Assembly: GCF_902459465.1 (NCBI RefSeq)
Contig: NC_047076.1
Location: 12,710,001-12,774,000 of the forward strand
Reading direction: 5' to 3'
DNA: 64,000 nucleotides
Source: Asterias rubens
Taxonomy: Eukaryota
Part shown: positions 11,403-24,998 of the stretch, in pieces
How positions within the stretch are numbered: position 1 is the stretch's first letter
How the letters are laid out: each line of letters starts with the position of its first letter
Position numbers and translations under genes: made by a program
Notes under the pieces: model-generated
Told to the model about the DNA's origin: nothing
Databases searched by the model: none
The model's input: the letters and a program-made list of their open reading frames with translations, nothing else

Positions 11403-13842
11403 CCAGGGCTTTCGAGATAAAACTATATAAATAACCCTAACTATTTTTGTGCAGCTTAAAGAATTTGTGGACTTGTAAATATTGTTGTTGTGTGAGTAGT
11501 CATTTTGCGGACGATACCCGCACTAATGGGTGCCGTCCATTTTAGATACGTCTGTGCATTTCTTGATAAAAACAGAAAAGGGTTTACTTTTGGTAAATGC
11601 AAAGAACAGTATCCCCACTTGGTGTATCCCAAAATATTCATGTACACAAAACCAATGTGAAAATCTGAGCTTAATTGGTCATAAAAATTGAAAGAAAAAA
11701 ACCCCAACACAGTCAGTAAAATAACAAAAGTTATACAAAAACAAACGGAAAAGAAACAACTCTTTTTGCATAAAAATATGTGCTTTCAGGTGCATGGGAT
11801 GGGCTCTATTTATGAAGGTTCTTTAAAATGTTGTGGGCAAAAGTTCTCTACATAATATGAAAGGGGTTCGCTTCTTACGATGTTTTGGGGGGATATAAAC
11901 AGCTCTCCATTGCGTTTTACCAAGTGAGGCGTTACTTTATAGTCATTAACTTGTAGAGTAAAAAGTACCCAAAGTACACCCTGCATTAAATAATAACTTT
12001 GCTTTCGAATCGAACAGGAACAATAGAAAAGTTGTGATGTTTACCTGCCCAACTTTGACACTATAAGTTATTTATTTGGGTTTTAATTTTTGGATTGACA
12101 AGAATTAAACATAATGAACTTTCTTCAACACATCTTGCCTTTTGTTTGTTTTAAGCTCTCTAATTAAGATCGTACCGTAAGGCAAGATCTGCTGATGAAT
12201 AATTTGCACTCCTTCAGAGAAAACAAATTCCTTAAGAATCGTTAACAAAGTTTGGCATACAAATAATAAACAAATAAATAAATCATGGAACAATTTCCAG
12301 CTGATGATTACTGATTGCGTTGTAGTGAAACAACACTGTGGCTACCAAACGGGTTCTTTTAAGAGCATCACTCCTCCAAAAGTAATTGTATACATTGCTG
12401 TACCCGCAAGTTGACTATTTATTAGTAAATACTTATCTTATTTTCCACACCGTGCAAAGGCTTGAAACACCACCCACTTAGGATATAATATATATATATC
12501 GTTATATATCTTTATATTTTGATATAAAATAAAAAGCTGTTTATTTGATTGTTTTTCGGTTGGAGCGCTTCTGCGATTGTATAATTTGATATTTGATTTT
12601 ATTTGAGGGTGGACGGACAGCAGCCTTATGGTGATCTCCCTGTCGGCTTTATTACAAAATTGATCGCGAGGGACCCGTGGGCAAATACATAAACTATTTA
12701 CCAGAGTGACAAAATGTATCCGTGTACATGAATAAATGCATTGGCCACCTGTATATTCCCCTCTCGAATGCACCGAATATTTTATGTGAACACTAACCCT
12801 GGACACATACCATTGTAATAATTCATGTTTTTTTTAAATACACACGTCTGCCTATTCAATTGCACCGAATGTGAAATACAAGAAATATGGAAGAAAACCG
12901 GTTGAAGAACTATAGTTTGACTTTTTAGTCACAACGAGGAAGGTGTTGCACAAAAAGACTTACTTATTACATTGTAAGGGTATTATCAAAATTAATGTTC
13001 TTTATCCCCGATGCAAATTTACCATCTATTAATTATGTTTAAAAAAAAAACTCCATGAGCTTTCGTAACAACAACAACGATAGCTTTATAAAGGATGAAG
13101 TACTTGATGATGTGAAAGCCACGCATTTTTTTATTATTGATAATTAGTTAATTTTCAAATGCTACTACAACCTTCGTTGTTTTATCTATCAACCAACGCG
13201 CCTATTAATTTGGTTTTGTCTTTGATTATTATAATGGTTTAATCAAGAAATCCAGCGATTTTTTGTTTACGGTTCTAGGCCCACAGGTCACGTTGAGTTT
13301 CAGGCATACCTTTGTCCACAATGATATTAATTTGTCATTTTATGATGATTGAGCGAGAATCTATCGTGTGGGCGTTACCGATGGTTTGCCGGAAATATTA
13401 GTTACATTGTGTGCGATACAGCTCTGATGTGTTAACCAACCCATATGACTCACGTTACAGTTAAACTTCACGGATTATTATTATTTTTTTTTTAAGAATA
13501 AATATCTTACAGTTTCCCGTCCTGTGGTGTTCAATAAACACAACCCACGTATAAGAATGTCACAGCATTCTGGGTCTTTGTGCAAGCATTGTTTTTATAA
13601 TTTCACATTCAACCCTGGAAAACCCTATCTAATATATTAACTTAATGGTGTCCATTAAGCCTTTACAGACTATTTAAATATCACAAAGAGCCAATATTAG
13701 TAACATGCTGTGGTTACTGCTCTAACCTCACAATCAAACTTATAAAGGAAAATAATTATATTATGGAAATGTTTGCGGTAAAACCGTGTAATGACTATCT
13801 CTAATGAGTTGGGGTGGTTCGGAAAAGAACCATTGGTTTCAA

Positions 13843-13882
13843 CTCGACGTTTCGATCAGTATGCTCTGATCGTCTTCTGGAG
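13843..13882 (-). ncRNA. Minimal type I hammerhead motif with a U4A core change
   Basis: Minus strand reads CTC-CAGAAGA-C-GATCAG agcata CTGATC-GAAA-C-GTC-GAG; perfect 6-bp stem II. Confidence 0.6.
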
Positions 13883-16178
13883 AAAGATAGTAATTATGTA
13901 TAGTTAGAAGGATAAAATATTATTTTCAAGAATCATAGAATATTCACGTGTGCACGCGTTAGAGTATGATAAACAAAACCGCCATAAGTCTGCTTGAGAT
14001 ATGGCGGACACAATGCTACAACACTATTAGGTTTGGGTAAATTTGTGTGTTCAGAACCAAATTAAACAGTACACTCCTATCACGTCCACCCTACCTCTAA
14101 AAGGCTTGCTTCCAAAATCAAACAAATTGTATGTTTTTAAGGAAGTTCATTTCAATAAGACCGTAAGCTTGTGAGCTGTCAAGAAAAGTAAGCGAAGCAT
14201 GCAAGCGTGTGTTAATTATGTATTGAAATGAAGGAGCAATATACCATTTATAATATAAAGGTGATAATTATGATCCCAATGCAATAATATACATTATGTT
14301 CAGTAACCGGCATTACGTGGTGGCCTCATTATACAGGCTCGCGTTATAGAATTTTCTCCATGTATATATGTGATTTTCAATGTTATTTGGTTTACCCTTA
14401 CATCGCTGCGTGCAACACTGTATATTTGTTCTGATTTCTGAATCCAAGGCAAATAACTGATGTTCACTTCTGTTGCCGCAGTTAAAGTCCTATTTGGGAA
14501 GAACGTCCACACGGTGAATGTTATAGAACCCATTTCTCATGTTACACTTGCACACGTTACACTATACATTATTTGCGACTCTTCTTTTCACGCGTTATTC
14601 ATGAAATCTGTAATTTTGTTATTAATGGAATGGAACATTGATAATTTGATGTATAAAGAGACATGTTTCGTTTTGAAATTGAACTGATTTCTCAGAACGG
14701 ATCCTTTCCCTTTGAACATGCATTAGTTTTGTATTATTTAGACCCTTTTTATGGATATATTGATTTTACTCATTTATTTTCAACTGATTTTTCTTGTGCT
14801 CTTTGATTAACTTTAAAGAACACACTTTTTTTTAAATCTGCGCCGGAGAAAATATAACACAAATATTATGGCCCTATCCAACCATATTCTCGGAGAAAAG
14901 GCTCGAAATAAATAATAAAGTAGCCTAGTTTTTATAGAAAAACAGTATCATGGCTTGAACTAATACATATATACTGTACTATGCTGAAAGTATATACCAA
15001 ACTCAGAATATCGAGCGATTAAGTCCCAATATACCCGCAAGATATGTGTTTTAGATCAATTATACAGTGCGTGTACAAGTGTAGTGTTTGGACAAAGAGA
15101 GGAAAAGAAAGTAAAATCAGCATAAAAGACTTCTGATATATGATCAAATGTTTTATTATGAGTTAAAATAAAACCTATAAAGGAAACTGATTGTTTTCGT
15201 CTGTAGAATCTGTCGTCATTATTTGTATATTTGTTAATGTTTTTGTTTTTTGTTTGTTTCCTAAACTAATATTCCCTTAAAGTTGGGCCCGTACTGGTTT
15301 TATGTTTTTGCGAGGAAAACTCCTTGTGGTATAAGTGTAGTTGCCGATTGTGATGGATGTTCAATACTTCACAATGTAGCACCTGGAAATACTCTGTGAT
15401 AGATGTATGACAAAAATGGAATGATTTCCCAAATGGATTGTACAGCAACATTGGTTGATTGCATAGCTGGCAGGCAGTTGTAATACTTTCTCATTTCATT
15501 TGATCCTCAAGATTAAATACTTACATTTTTGTGTGACTTTTTTTTTACGTTTGTCTGTTTGGTCCACACAATGGTCCCACGTAGTTGTTTTTTAACGCGT
15601 GATGGAAACAAACTCGGGCACTTTAACGGGCCCCAATGTTCTAATACTCGCAAGACTTGCACATCAGTCTTTAGTGTCGTTGTAATGATGTTTTGTTTAG
15701 CAATAACTGTCCACAATATATTTAACTGAGAAAGCATGAACAATATTCAATGCTCGGAGGATGTGATGAGAAAGATTGAGTTAAAAAACTAAACTCTTGA
15801 AACGGATTCAAGATTGTTAATTTCAAGGCATGCTCGTTGACTGGGTGGAAAAACATAATTGTAACTAGTGCATGCTGTAAACCGTATGTCTTGCATGAAC
15901 TGTCCTCTGCCGTTAAAGTTAATATTGGAGAAACCCTATATAACGTGAAAACATTTTTCAACGTTTGTTTCAATAGGATAGTGCACGGCAGCTGAATAGG
16001 TTTTGAGTTTACTTGCTACGCATTCTTTTAGATATTATTGACATTTTTAAGAGATGATATGTTATAGCACTAGTGTCGAAGAATTTTTTTTTTAGCCTAT
16101 CTGTGTAAAAGGTGCTTGTAATTTTATAACGATGTATAGTCTTCACTACGATAAGAGTTTAAGTTACCACATACGGAT

Positions 16179-16295
16179 TGCACATGGCGTCATTGCCGCC
16201 ATCTTTGATGAAAAACAATGTAAAAGTGCACGCGCTGCGCACGACTCTCAGCCAATAATACCTCATCAAAGATGGCTGCCAAGGCGACAAGTGCA
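16179..16295. mobile_element. Palindromic MITE carrying a CGCCATCTT (YY1-like) motif; related copy at ~21340-21450
   Basis: TIR tgcacatggcgtcattgccgccatctttgatga / tcatcaaagatggctgccaaggcgacaagtgca. Confidence 0.65.
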
Positions 16296-19200
16296 TATCG
16301 CACGTGAGTGTTTGGCATAATGGAAAAGGTATGGGTAAAGTTGTACATTGATAAACGTCACATATTACATGAACTTTTTATGTTTTGTGGAGGACACGGT
16401 CACAGTTATCCGTTTAAATTGACAGCATGGCATGCCTGAAATCATGTTCTTAATTGACCAGCACAGTGTGGTTATTTAACTGACAAGTTCAGACAACACG
16501 CGATAACTTTGCGTGTGACGGCGTCATGTGTAACGTGTACTGTACATTAATCCCAAGCTGGCAAATCTAGATGAATTCATGCACGATTTTGCTTTCAAGA
16601 CGAAACACGCACACAAATTTGTCAAGGCTTTCAAAAAAATAACTCAAAAAATTTAAATTTAAAACCGTCGAAAGCAATTATTAGAGCACGTGGGAGGAAA
16701 AGCAACATAAGTTGAAACTTGTAATTTTGTGTCACTGTTCGGAGGGGTTTTTGAAATTTTGTTGGTCAAATTCAATTTTTAAATGTCCTTGTATTGTAGT
16801 ACAATGAACCAGTTCCAAATAGGCGCCTTTCAGTCGTGACCTAGAAACTATCTCAATAAAATCCGATGTTTTGTTGATTTACGACTGAAAGGAATGATAA
16901 CCTGGATTCTACAGAAGCTATGATAATTCAAATTTGATTATGGAATCTGAATTTAATAACGCCTGCAGTTTGCACCAGGACAAAGTACAATCTTGGTTGG
17001 TTGATGGTACTTTTCTATTTATTAGGGATTTTTCAGTTTAATAGGGTAAACAAGTAAATTGACTAAACCTGGCCCACGCCTTGTAAGATAACGGCAAAGA
17101 TTCACAACTGTAAATGTGTCGTTGTGTATTTTATACAACATGTGTTTTTAAATTGGTATACTTTCTCAAAAAAAGGTGTTTGGGTTGGTATATAATAAGT
17201 AATATCAATTATGTATTGAATTTACGATGGCATACTCAATTGGCCGACGAGATGCTCTGCTTCGCTGTTTGTTGTTTTGTTGGGTGTTGGGTTTTTGTTT
17301 ATTTCTTTGTTTATTTGGGCGAACTCAATGAGATTTTAACACCAATCTGGCAGTAGCCAATCTCTCTCATGCAAACATTGCTTGAACACAAAGTCAGCAG
17401 ATAAGTCGGCAGAATTCAAACCCACAACACTACGGTTGCAGGTCATGCAGTGTAACCACCATACCACTGTGACGATTTTCAGTATTGTTGTTTTTGTTGA
17501 CGTAACACAACACGATGTTTGTGTATAATGCTCATGCTCGGAGAAGAACAATACATGCCGTTGTCTTTAGAAAGCTAGCGCGCATTGTTTGTTTGTTGTT
17601 GTGGGTTGTTTTGGTAGGCAAGTGATGTTGGTAGGCGAGTGAGGTTGGTGTAATGAAGAAACTTCTGTTGAGTGGCTAACGTAATTGAACAAAACAGGGT
17701 TTGAGTGTTTTATTTTGTTCACGGGGAGCGGAAGTCTAGTGGTTGCGTCCTCCCTCCATCTCGGGGAAGAATTCTCGACTTGATGGATAAGAGAGGGTAA
17801 TCACGCCATAATGGAGCAAGCTCTCTCAAAATGAACAACACCCAACTCTACTCAGCCCATCTACGTTTTTGTCATGTATAGAAACAGGCGCATCACATAT
17901 GAGTGGCTACTTCAGCCTGTCGTCTCCGTGTCGAGTCTGAAGGGGATTTTCCTTGAAGTGGCTCTCCATTGTTTGATTTGATTCACGGAAGGGTATCTTT
18001 CTTACTCACGACACGTACGGAGACTAGCAGGATGGTATCAGGGGTAAGTGATAATTACCCCGAGTTCAAGTGTTTTGATGTGGAAGTCTCGTGAGTTCTC
18101 GTTAATCTGATGCTCTCGTGTGAAGGACTGCTTATTTCATAATTGATAGACCATTATCACGTGTGTTTTTTTAAATCTCGTATTCAACATACTCTTCGGC
18201 GTTCAAAATATTGATTCCTAAAGAGAAACAATACTTGTGTGTATGTTTGGTAATTAAAAATACGTTGGAAAGATGTGAAAACTATATATTCGCTTCCATT
18301 ACACGTATATACCAAATGCTCTGCTATAAGAAATAGCGCAACAATGAGAAACATTCCATAAAAATAGATGCGCTATAACAAACTCTATATAACACCAAAC
18401 AAAATATAGCTACACTATATCAGATATCGGGACAATTCTGTACCATAACCAATAGCCGCATTATTATGTCTGTGAAGTACTCCAAGATTAATAGCTATAA
18501 CAAATGCTGATGTATAACAAATGCTCTAGCTATCACAAAATATCAAATTATAAATTTGATGTGTAAAAAAAAAAAAAAATGCAATATTCTTTCGTGCACT
18601 ACACAGAATTCCCTTGGTAAAATCTTGCTTTTTATTTCTATTTCAATGAAATAGAACCAATCAAGATTTCATCCTATCATTATATTCTGCCAGAACGCAC
18701 GAATGCATCCAATGCATGGATTATTGTTCTTGAAAAAATAGCAACGATTGTAATATTAACTAACACACCAATATATGCGTTTGCCGAATCACAAAAAAGT
18801 AAATACACTATTCACAGCGAGAGAAGTTGCATTGATCATAAAGCTGTATTGCTTTGCCTGCGGTACTCCCCATCATCAGAAAAAGAACGTGACTGAAATA
18901 ATTTAGCAATTACTTTGAATCGCCAAGTCAGACTCCTACGACTAGAATTTGGGTCAAATAAAACAACCCGGTTTCTGATCAATGTCCTTGGGTCTCTTGA
19001 AACTGGGTCTTATAATGTCATTAAGCTGTTGAACAGGAAACATTGTCCAGGAAATGTATTTTTCTGAGTGGAGACACATTTACAGAGAGGTGGAGAGAGA
19101 AAGGGAGGGGGGGGGGGTGGGCAACAATGTCTCAATATGTACATCACTTGTATAATTTTGTCAGTTCCCATTTTGTCTTCTTCTTCTTTTATTACATACA

Positions 19201-19604
19201 TACATATAAGGCATTTGTTAAGCGCCACTACATCAAGAACGCAGCACGCTAGGTTGGGTACAGATTATGTTTGAAACACTTATTGATTGTTCGTATAATA
19301 TGAGAGTCAGATTCCCTCATTGGTGAGTGCATTCCAGGTGTGGGGAACAAAATATTGCGTCCACAATAGCAGATAACCGTCATTTATAGTTATTATTTAC
19401 AGTTAACAGTTTCAACTGTAAGCAATAATATTCTGCTTAGCAGCTCTATAAAATTGGGTCCTATCTAACTCATAATGGGTTTTGATCACAATGTAGGCTA
19501 ATACGCCTTATATATCGCATTCAATTTCGCGTCTTTGTATACTAAGTTTTAACCAGAATGAAAAGTTTTCTTTTCACATCTGTACCTCAAAAAATGTCGA
19601 GAAA

Positions 19605-19644
19605 GCCCTTCGAGAAAGACTCTGATGGGGTCGAAACGTCGGGC
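19605..19644 (+). ncRNA. Minimal hammerhead variant (U3-A8-type core with a one-base insertion)
   Basis: GCCC-TTCGAGAA-A-GACTC tgatg GGGTC-GAAA-C-GTC-GGGC; stem I 4 bp; stem II 5 bp with one G-U pair. Confidence 0.5.
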
Positions 19645-19933
19645 CATTAACTAAACTTTCTCAAACAAATATATTTAGCTTGAATTCACGGTGAATTTAA
19701 TGGTCGGCAAAAAGCCTTTCATGCTGGCGTGAATAATTAATAAGGCAATATCGGCATCTGCTCCCGTATTATTGCCATCATCAGGTTGGTAACAGCTTCC
19801 CGCCAAAACAACACAACCGCTTGGTCACGGTCAATTTACACCCTGATATATAGAGCAGGCATCAGCTGTGTGGGCAATAACGTCATTAGTTTATCCTCTA
19901 TAGACTTGGGTCATAAGATTTCAATCGTATTAA

Positions 19934-20319
19934 AGGCAGTGGACACTATTGGTAATTACTTAAAATAATTATCATCATAAAACCTGTCTTTATTGCAATT
20001 AATGGGGAGAGGTTGATGGTATAACACATTGTGAGAAAACAGCTCCCTCTGAAGTGACGTATCTTTCGAGAAAGAAGTAATTTTCCACGAATTTGATATC
20101 GAGACCTCAAGTTCAGAATTTGAGGTCTCGAAATCAAGCATCAGAAAGCACTCAACTTCGTGTGACAAGGGTGTTTTTTTTGTCTTTCATTTTATCTCGC
20201 AAATTCGACGACCGATTGAGCTCAAATTTTCCCAGGTTTGTTATTTTATGCATATGTTGAGATACACCAACTGTGAAGACTAGGCTTTGACAATTACCAA
20301 TAGTGTCCATACACTGTCT
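19934..20319. mobile_element. TTAA MITE, full length
   Basis: TTAA at 19930-19933 and 20320-20323; internal sequence matches 1219-1593. Confidence 0.88.
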
Positions 20320-20323
20320 TTAA

Positions 20324-20663
20324 AGGGAAAGTATACCTTTGGCAGTTGTCAACTCACTTGGTATACTAACATATGCACAAAATAACAAACCTGTGAACAT
20401 TGTGAATATTTTAAACTCGATTGGTCGTCGAAGTTGATAAATCATGGAAGAAAAAATCACCTTTGTCGGACAAGTTTGGGTTTTTAGCTGCCTGTAATTC
20501 AAATATTTTAGTGAGAAATTGTCCTTCTCAAAATTACGTTACTTCAGAGGGAGCCATTTCTCACAATGTTTTATACTATCAAAGGTTTTCCATCGCTCCC
20601 TACCAAGTATAAGTTTTAATGCTAAAAATTATTTTGAGTAAATACCAATAGTGTCCAGTGCCT
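20324..20663. mobile_element. TTAA MITE in the opposite orientation with a foreign left end
   Basis: Shares the TTAA at 20320 with the preceding copy; starts AGGGAAAGTATACCTTTG and ends ATAGTGTCCAGTGCCT|TTAA. Confidence 0.8.
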
Positions 20664-22215
20664 TTAAAGTGAAAGTATACCTTTGATTTTTGGAAACGTT
20701 CGATTGCTTTTACTCCTATATAAACGGAGATCTTGTATTCGACAAACTCCACGCACTTAATAATCATTGACACAGCGACACTGATAATTGTTAATCAGTG
20801 TATTAAAACTGTCCATAAAATTGACATAAACCAAAATTTGGTTTTTGCTGTGCATAAACGCAGTCTTCCACTTCGTTCGCGAAACAAAAACACGATACAG
20901 TGTTGAATTGCAATGGCGGAAATCCCGTAAAAATCTTGTTATAAATTTCCCCCTTTTAAAAAGCTGTACGTGCGAACTTTGATGAGATTACCCGCGCATT
21001 AACTCGTTTTACCCGTCACCGACACCAGGATCTAACGGGATAATACTAGTCGTCACTTTGATTCCGCGAGAACACAGTTACACAGCATCAAGACGAAATC
21101 CTGCGAATGGATCGGCACTTAAATATAACTCCATTAAACCTTCTAGGGAAAACTTATACTTAAAATAACAACATAGACTATTCTTTTGACTGTGTATCCA
21201 TTGCCTCTAGTAGTTTAACCAGTTAGCTATGGAATCCGATATGTTCACTTTGAAAATGCTAACCGATGGCACATAATCCAAAGAGTCGTAAAGGTCTTTC
21301 AAAAAGCTAAGCACAACATTTTCCTGGTAACTAATAATTGGATTGCACATGGCGTCATTGGCCGCCATCTTTGGAAAAAAAACGTGCACGCGTGGAAGGC
21401 AATCATTGGCCGATAGTTTAGCGCAGCGCGTACACGCGTGCACTTTTGTTTAAAATAAAATATTATCACTTTGTGCGATCCAACCATGAAGCGATCGTTC
21501 ACAGCCACTAGTAGTCATTATAGAAAAGTGTCTTTACTGGGGATATTAGACTTTGCCAAACAAATGTGTAAAGTAACTCTAAATATGTTGACACTTTGTC
21601 TCAATATCAATCCTCATGAACAAATCACAGCGCATCCCGAATGGGCTGTGTGGCAACCTTAAGAGCCAGCATGTGTGAAGTTAGCGTGCCACCATACCAC
21701 ACTTACGAACTGAAGAGTGTTGAAATCATTAGTGCCGTCTTTGTTTAGCGTGTTTCCGTGTTTGCTGTCTTCTATTTGTTGTTATTTTTTATACTTGAGG
21801 GCAACACCCAACCTTGGCCTTCTTAGCATACAGACACACCGCATCATAATTAATTCATAGCTGTATCAAACGGTCTGACCGACAGCAATTTACGAAGGGA
21901 ATAATTTTTCTCTAACCGGCTGTTGACATCTGCGTATAGCTCTAACCTCGTGGTAGCACTTGGTGCGTGAAATGAAGCCATGTGTCAAAATACATCAACT
22001 CATTTAACATCTTTGGCATACTCAATTTTTAAATAGCTTGTATTTTTAATAAGAATCCTGAACACGCATTATACTTACTAAAGATAGATGTACATGTTGA
22101 AAACAAAACAACCACCTTTTAGTTTTGAAAAATATTTTTAAGTTTAGAAAATTGCTAAATGTGTGCTTGGCCGGTATTAAAAACTTTGTTACGCTGGTTA
22201 CGGGAATATGGGCTC

Positions 22216-22501
22216 NNNNNNNNNNNNNNNNNNNNNNNNNNNNNNNNNNNNNNNNNNNNNNNNNNNNNNNNNNNNNNNNNNNNNNNNNNNNNNNNNNNNN
22301 NNNNNNNNNNNNNNNNNNNNNNNNNNNNNNNNNNNNNNNNNNNNNNNNNNNNNNNNNNNNNNNNNNNNNNNNNNNNNNNNNNNNNNNNNNNNNNNNNNNN
22401 NNNNNNNNNNNNNNNNNNNNNNNNNNNNNNNNNNNNNNNNNNNNNNNNNNNNNNNNNNNNNNNNNNNNNNNNNNNNNNNNNNNNNNNNNNNNNNNNNNNN
22501 N
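22216..22501. other. Assembly gap
   Basis: Run of N. Confidence 1.
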
Positions 22502-22619
22502 CCCATAACAAACTCTAGAAAGTCCTACAATTGAAATAAATCTGTTGATGTTGTCGGTGGTAGTGATGTTGGTCTTGTAGAAGTAAAGTAGTAGCAGTTG
22601 TTGTAGCTGCTGCTGTTCC

Positions 22620-22715
22620 CGATGTTACTCTTGTGTTGTTGGTGTTGTTGTTTTTGTTGTCGTTGACGTTGTCTTAGTCTTTGTCTTTGTCGTTGTTGTT
22701 GTTGTTGTTGTTGTT
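22620..22715. repeat. Imperfect (GTT)n microsatellite
   Basis: Direct reading. Confidence 0.8.
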
Positions 22716-24998
22716 CTGCTTTTGCAAGTGTACACGTCTTAAGAACAACTTGTGAAAAACGTGCATTAAGTGTTGTCGTGCAAGGTCATTCAATCAGTCA
22801 CACGTTTTCTCGCACATTAACATCATAAGTTTTGTTCCTATAGGCGCAAAAAGAAAACTTCTGATGAGGTATCCAACCAGTATTCGATAGCTACCCCAAT
22901 CATAGACCAAGGTCCTTACTCGATGCCTAACGATGTTTATATATATATTTTTTACATAATTTTCTAGTGCAAACTCAGACTTTTGAGTTCATTCACATTA
23001 GAGAGCGATTATTCTCCGTGGGGCTGTACCCCCCGTGTAGCATCTCCTGCGCGGTCCTTCGATTAACTTCAGCCAAAATATTGGATCGGAAAGCGTGGAC
23101 TCGTTGGTGGCCTAATTAAAAACTCATCTTGGGAGATATTCCCCGCGATGAAAGCTATTATGAAGACAGATTTTCATCCGAGAAATCTGTATGATCACTC
23201 CGATTAAAAACGGATTGAACTAGGAACTAATTATCGGTGAAAACGGTGCGTTGCTATAATGGGGGTCTTTTCAAGGGCTGCAATTTCGTATAATTTTGGT
23301 ATTGTGGAAGTTTTGCGGCTTGCTGTGGTTTTGCGGCAAAGAGCGCGCAATCTTGAAGGGTCTGAGGTATTCTTTTTGGGATGACATATAGCACAATTTC
23401 CACAAATTTACATTAAACTCGCACAGTTTGAAGATAATGATGGTAGAAAGCTTCCCTTAAAATATTGCTTGCTGAGGTGCTGTAGTTTGAGAAATGAGTA
23501 AAACAAGTCACGAATAGCAAACCCCAACAAAATATGTACAAATAACTTTGCAACCGCTCAATTTACCATTCGGAATATACCTGTCCGCAAGGTAAAAAAT
23601 ATAATTGCTTAATATTATGTGTTTCCGGTTGAGATTCGATAGCAGGTGATGATGAAGCATAGCTGTGCAGCCCCATTAGAGCCTCAAGGCTCCTCGGTTT
23701 AATGGTGCAGTGTGAACACTGCATGTACCCATACCCTGGTTATGCAGAAGCATTTGATGAATCAACGAGCTCAACACCGAGCGCAGTTGCATTTAGGGGA
23801 CCATGCGAGCTCTTACGCAACGCAATTTTATTTTCAACTCCGAACAGGTTAATCTTTACATTTATGTTCGGATGACGTCATCCAAAATAGAGATTTCGTT
23901 AGACCCCACTTTTTCAGAACAGTCAACATATTATAGTTAAAATTGTAAAATGTTTAGTAAAGGGTAAAACAAAAATGGCAAGTAAAGGAATGCTTTAATA
24001 ACGTTTACACGTTCAATACCGCAATACCGTTACTGGTTGACTCCCGTTACTTTGTTTATGAATACTCGTAAAATAACCGCAAAGTTTATGGAATTATTGA
24101 TTATTTGAACGTAAAGTGAGTTTATTTTTCAGTATTTTGCAATTGTGTATCTCATATTTTTTTAAATGTTTCTCTTAAAAATAATATATCCTGCTGCAGC
24201 TCAGATTAATTTTGTTTAAACCTTAAACAGGTTAATGAACTTGCTGCTGAACTTGCAGCGAGCGTAGCTGATGCGTCATGACTTACAGTAAGACAGAAAA
24301 CAAAATGGTAAGTAAAAAAATACAACTTATTAAAAGTAACGTAACGTTTCTGTTAGACTCCCCTGTGTACATACAAGCTGCATGTTCAATGACTGCATGA
24401 AAATGCAAACACACATAAAGATTTATAACCATTACGTAAACCACCAAAGGACCCTTATCAAATTGCCACCATCTTTGTCATGTTCCCTGCGTCCAATAAC
24501 AGTAATTAATGCGAATATTTTTTTTCAGTCTACTAACCTCAGTTTGGTTACATAGATTTGAATAGTAGAAATTCGAGATGACCGTGCAATGATAAAGGTC
24601 TATTAGGAGCCAACAGTTTGAGAATTCGATTGGTTACGTTCATCGCAATATTTTGGGACTGTTAGATACCGTGTTAACCATTGTATGCGCTCACACTTGA
24701 CAGGCTATTTCTCTTGAAAATGATATACACGGCTGCAATTCAAATTCGAAGACATTACCTTTAACGGGTATATAAGCACGCAGCTAGCGTACGCGACCCG
24801 TCATGACATAGCTCGTGCAGGCCTTGAGATTGAAGTCCGTCTTGCTGACGTAGACGTCTCAGCCTTCAGACCGAGACCAAATCAAATCAAGTTTCTTCAC
24901 GTTTTCCATTCCCAAGGGGAGAAGACAATTGGCATAATGTGCATATGGCTAATCAATAAACAGGAGAGGTAAATGAACACTTAGTTGAGATTTCTATG

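Noticed and set aside
15266-15490. Minus-strand frame with two stops that looks like a decayed protein
   Set aside because: No identifiable family, and it is too short to distinguish from chance.
22125-22534. Long ORFs in the track at 22.1-22.5, 32.0-32.3 and 56.0-56.7 kb
   Set aside because: They are open only because they run through N gaps; the only real part is the L2 ORF2 end at 32260-32410.
22860-22895. CTGATGA motif as a hammerhead
   Set aside because: No GAAA follows a credible stem II, and there is no stem I.
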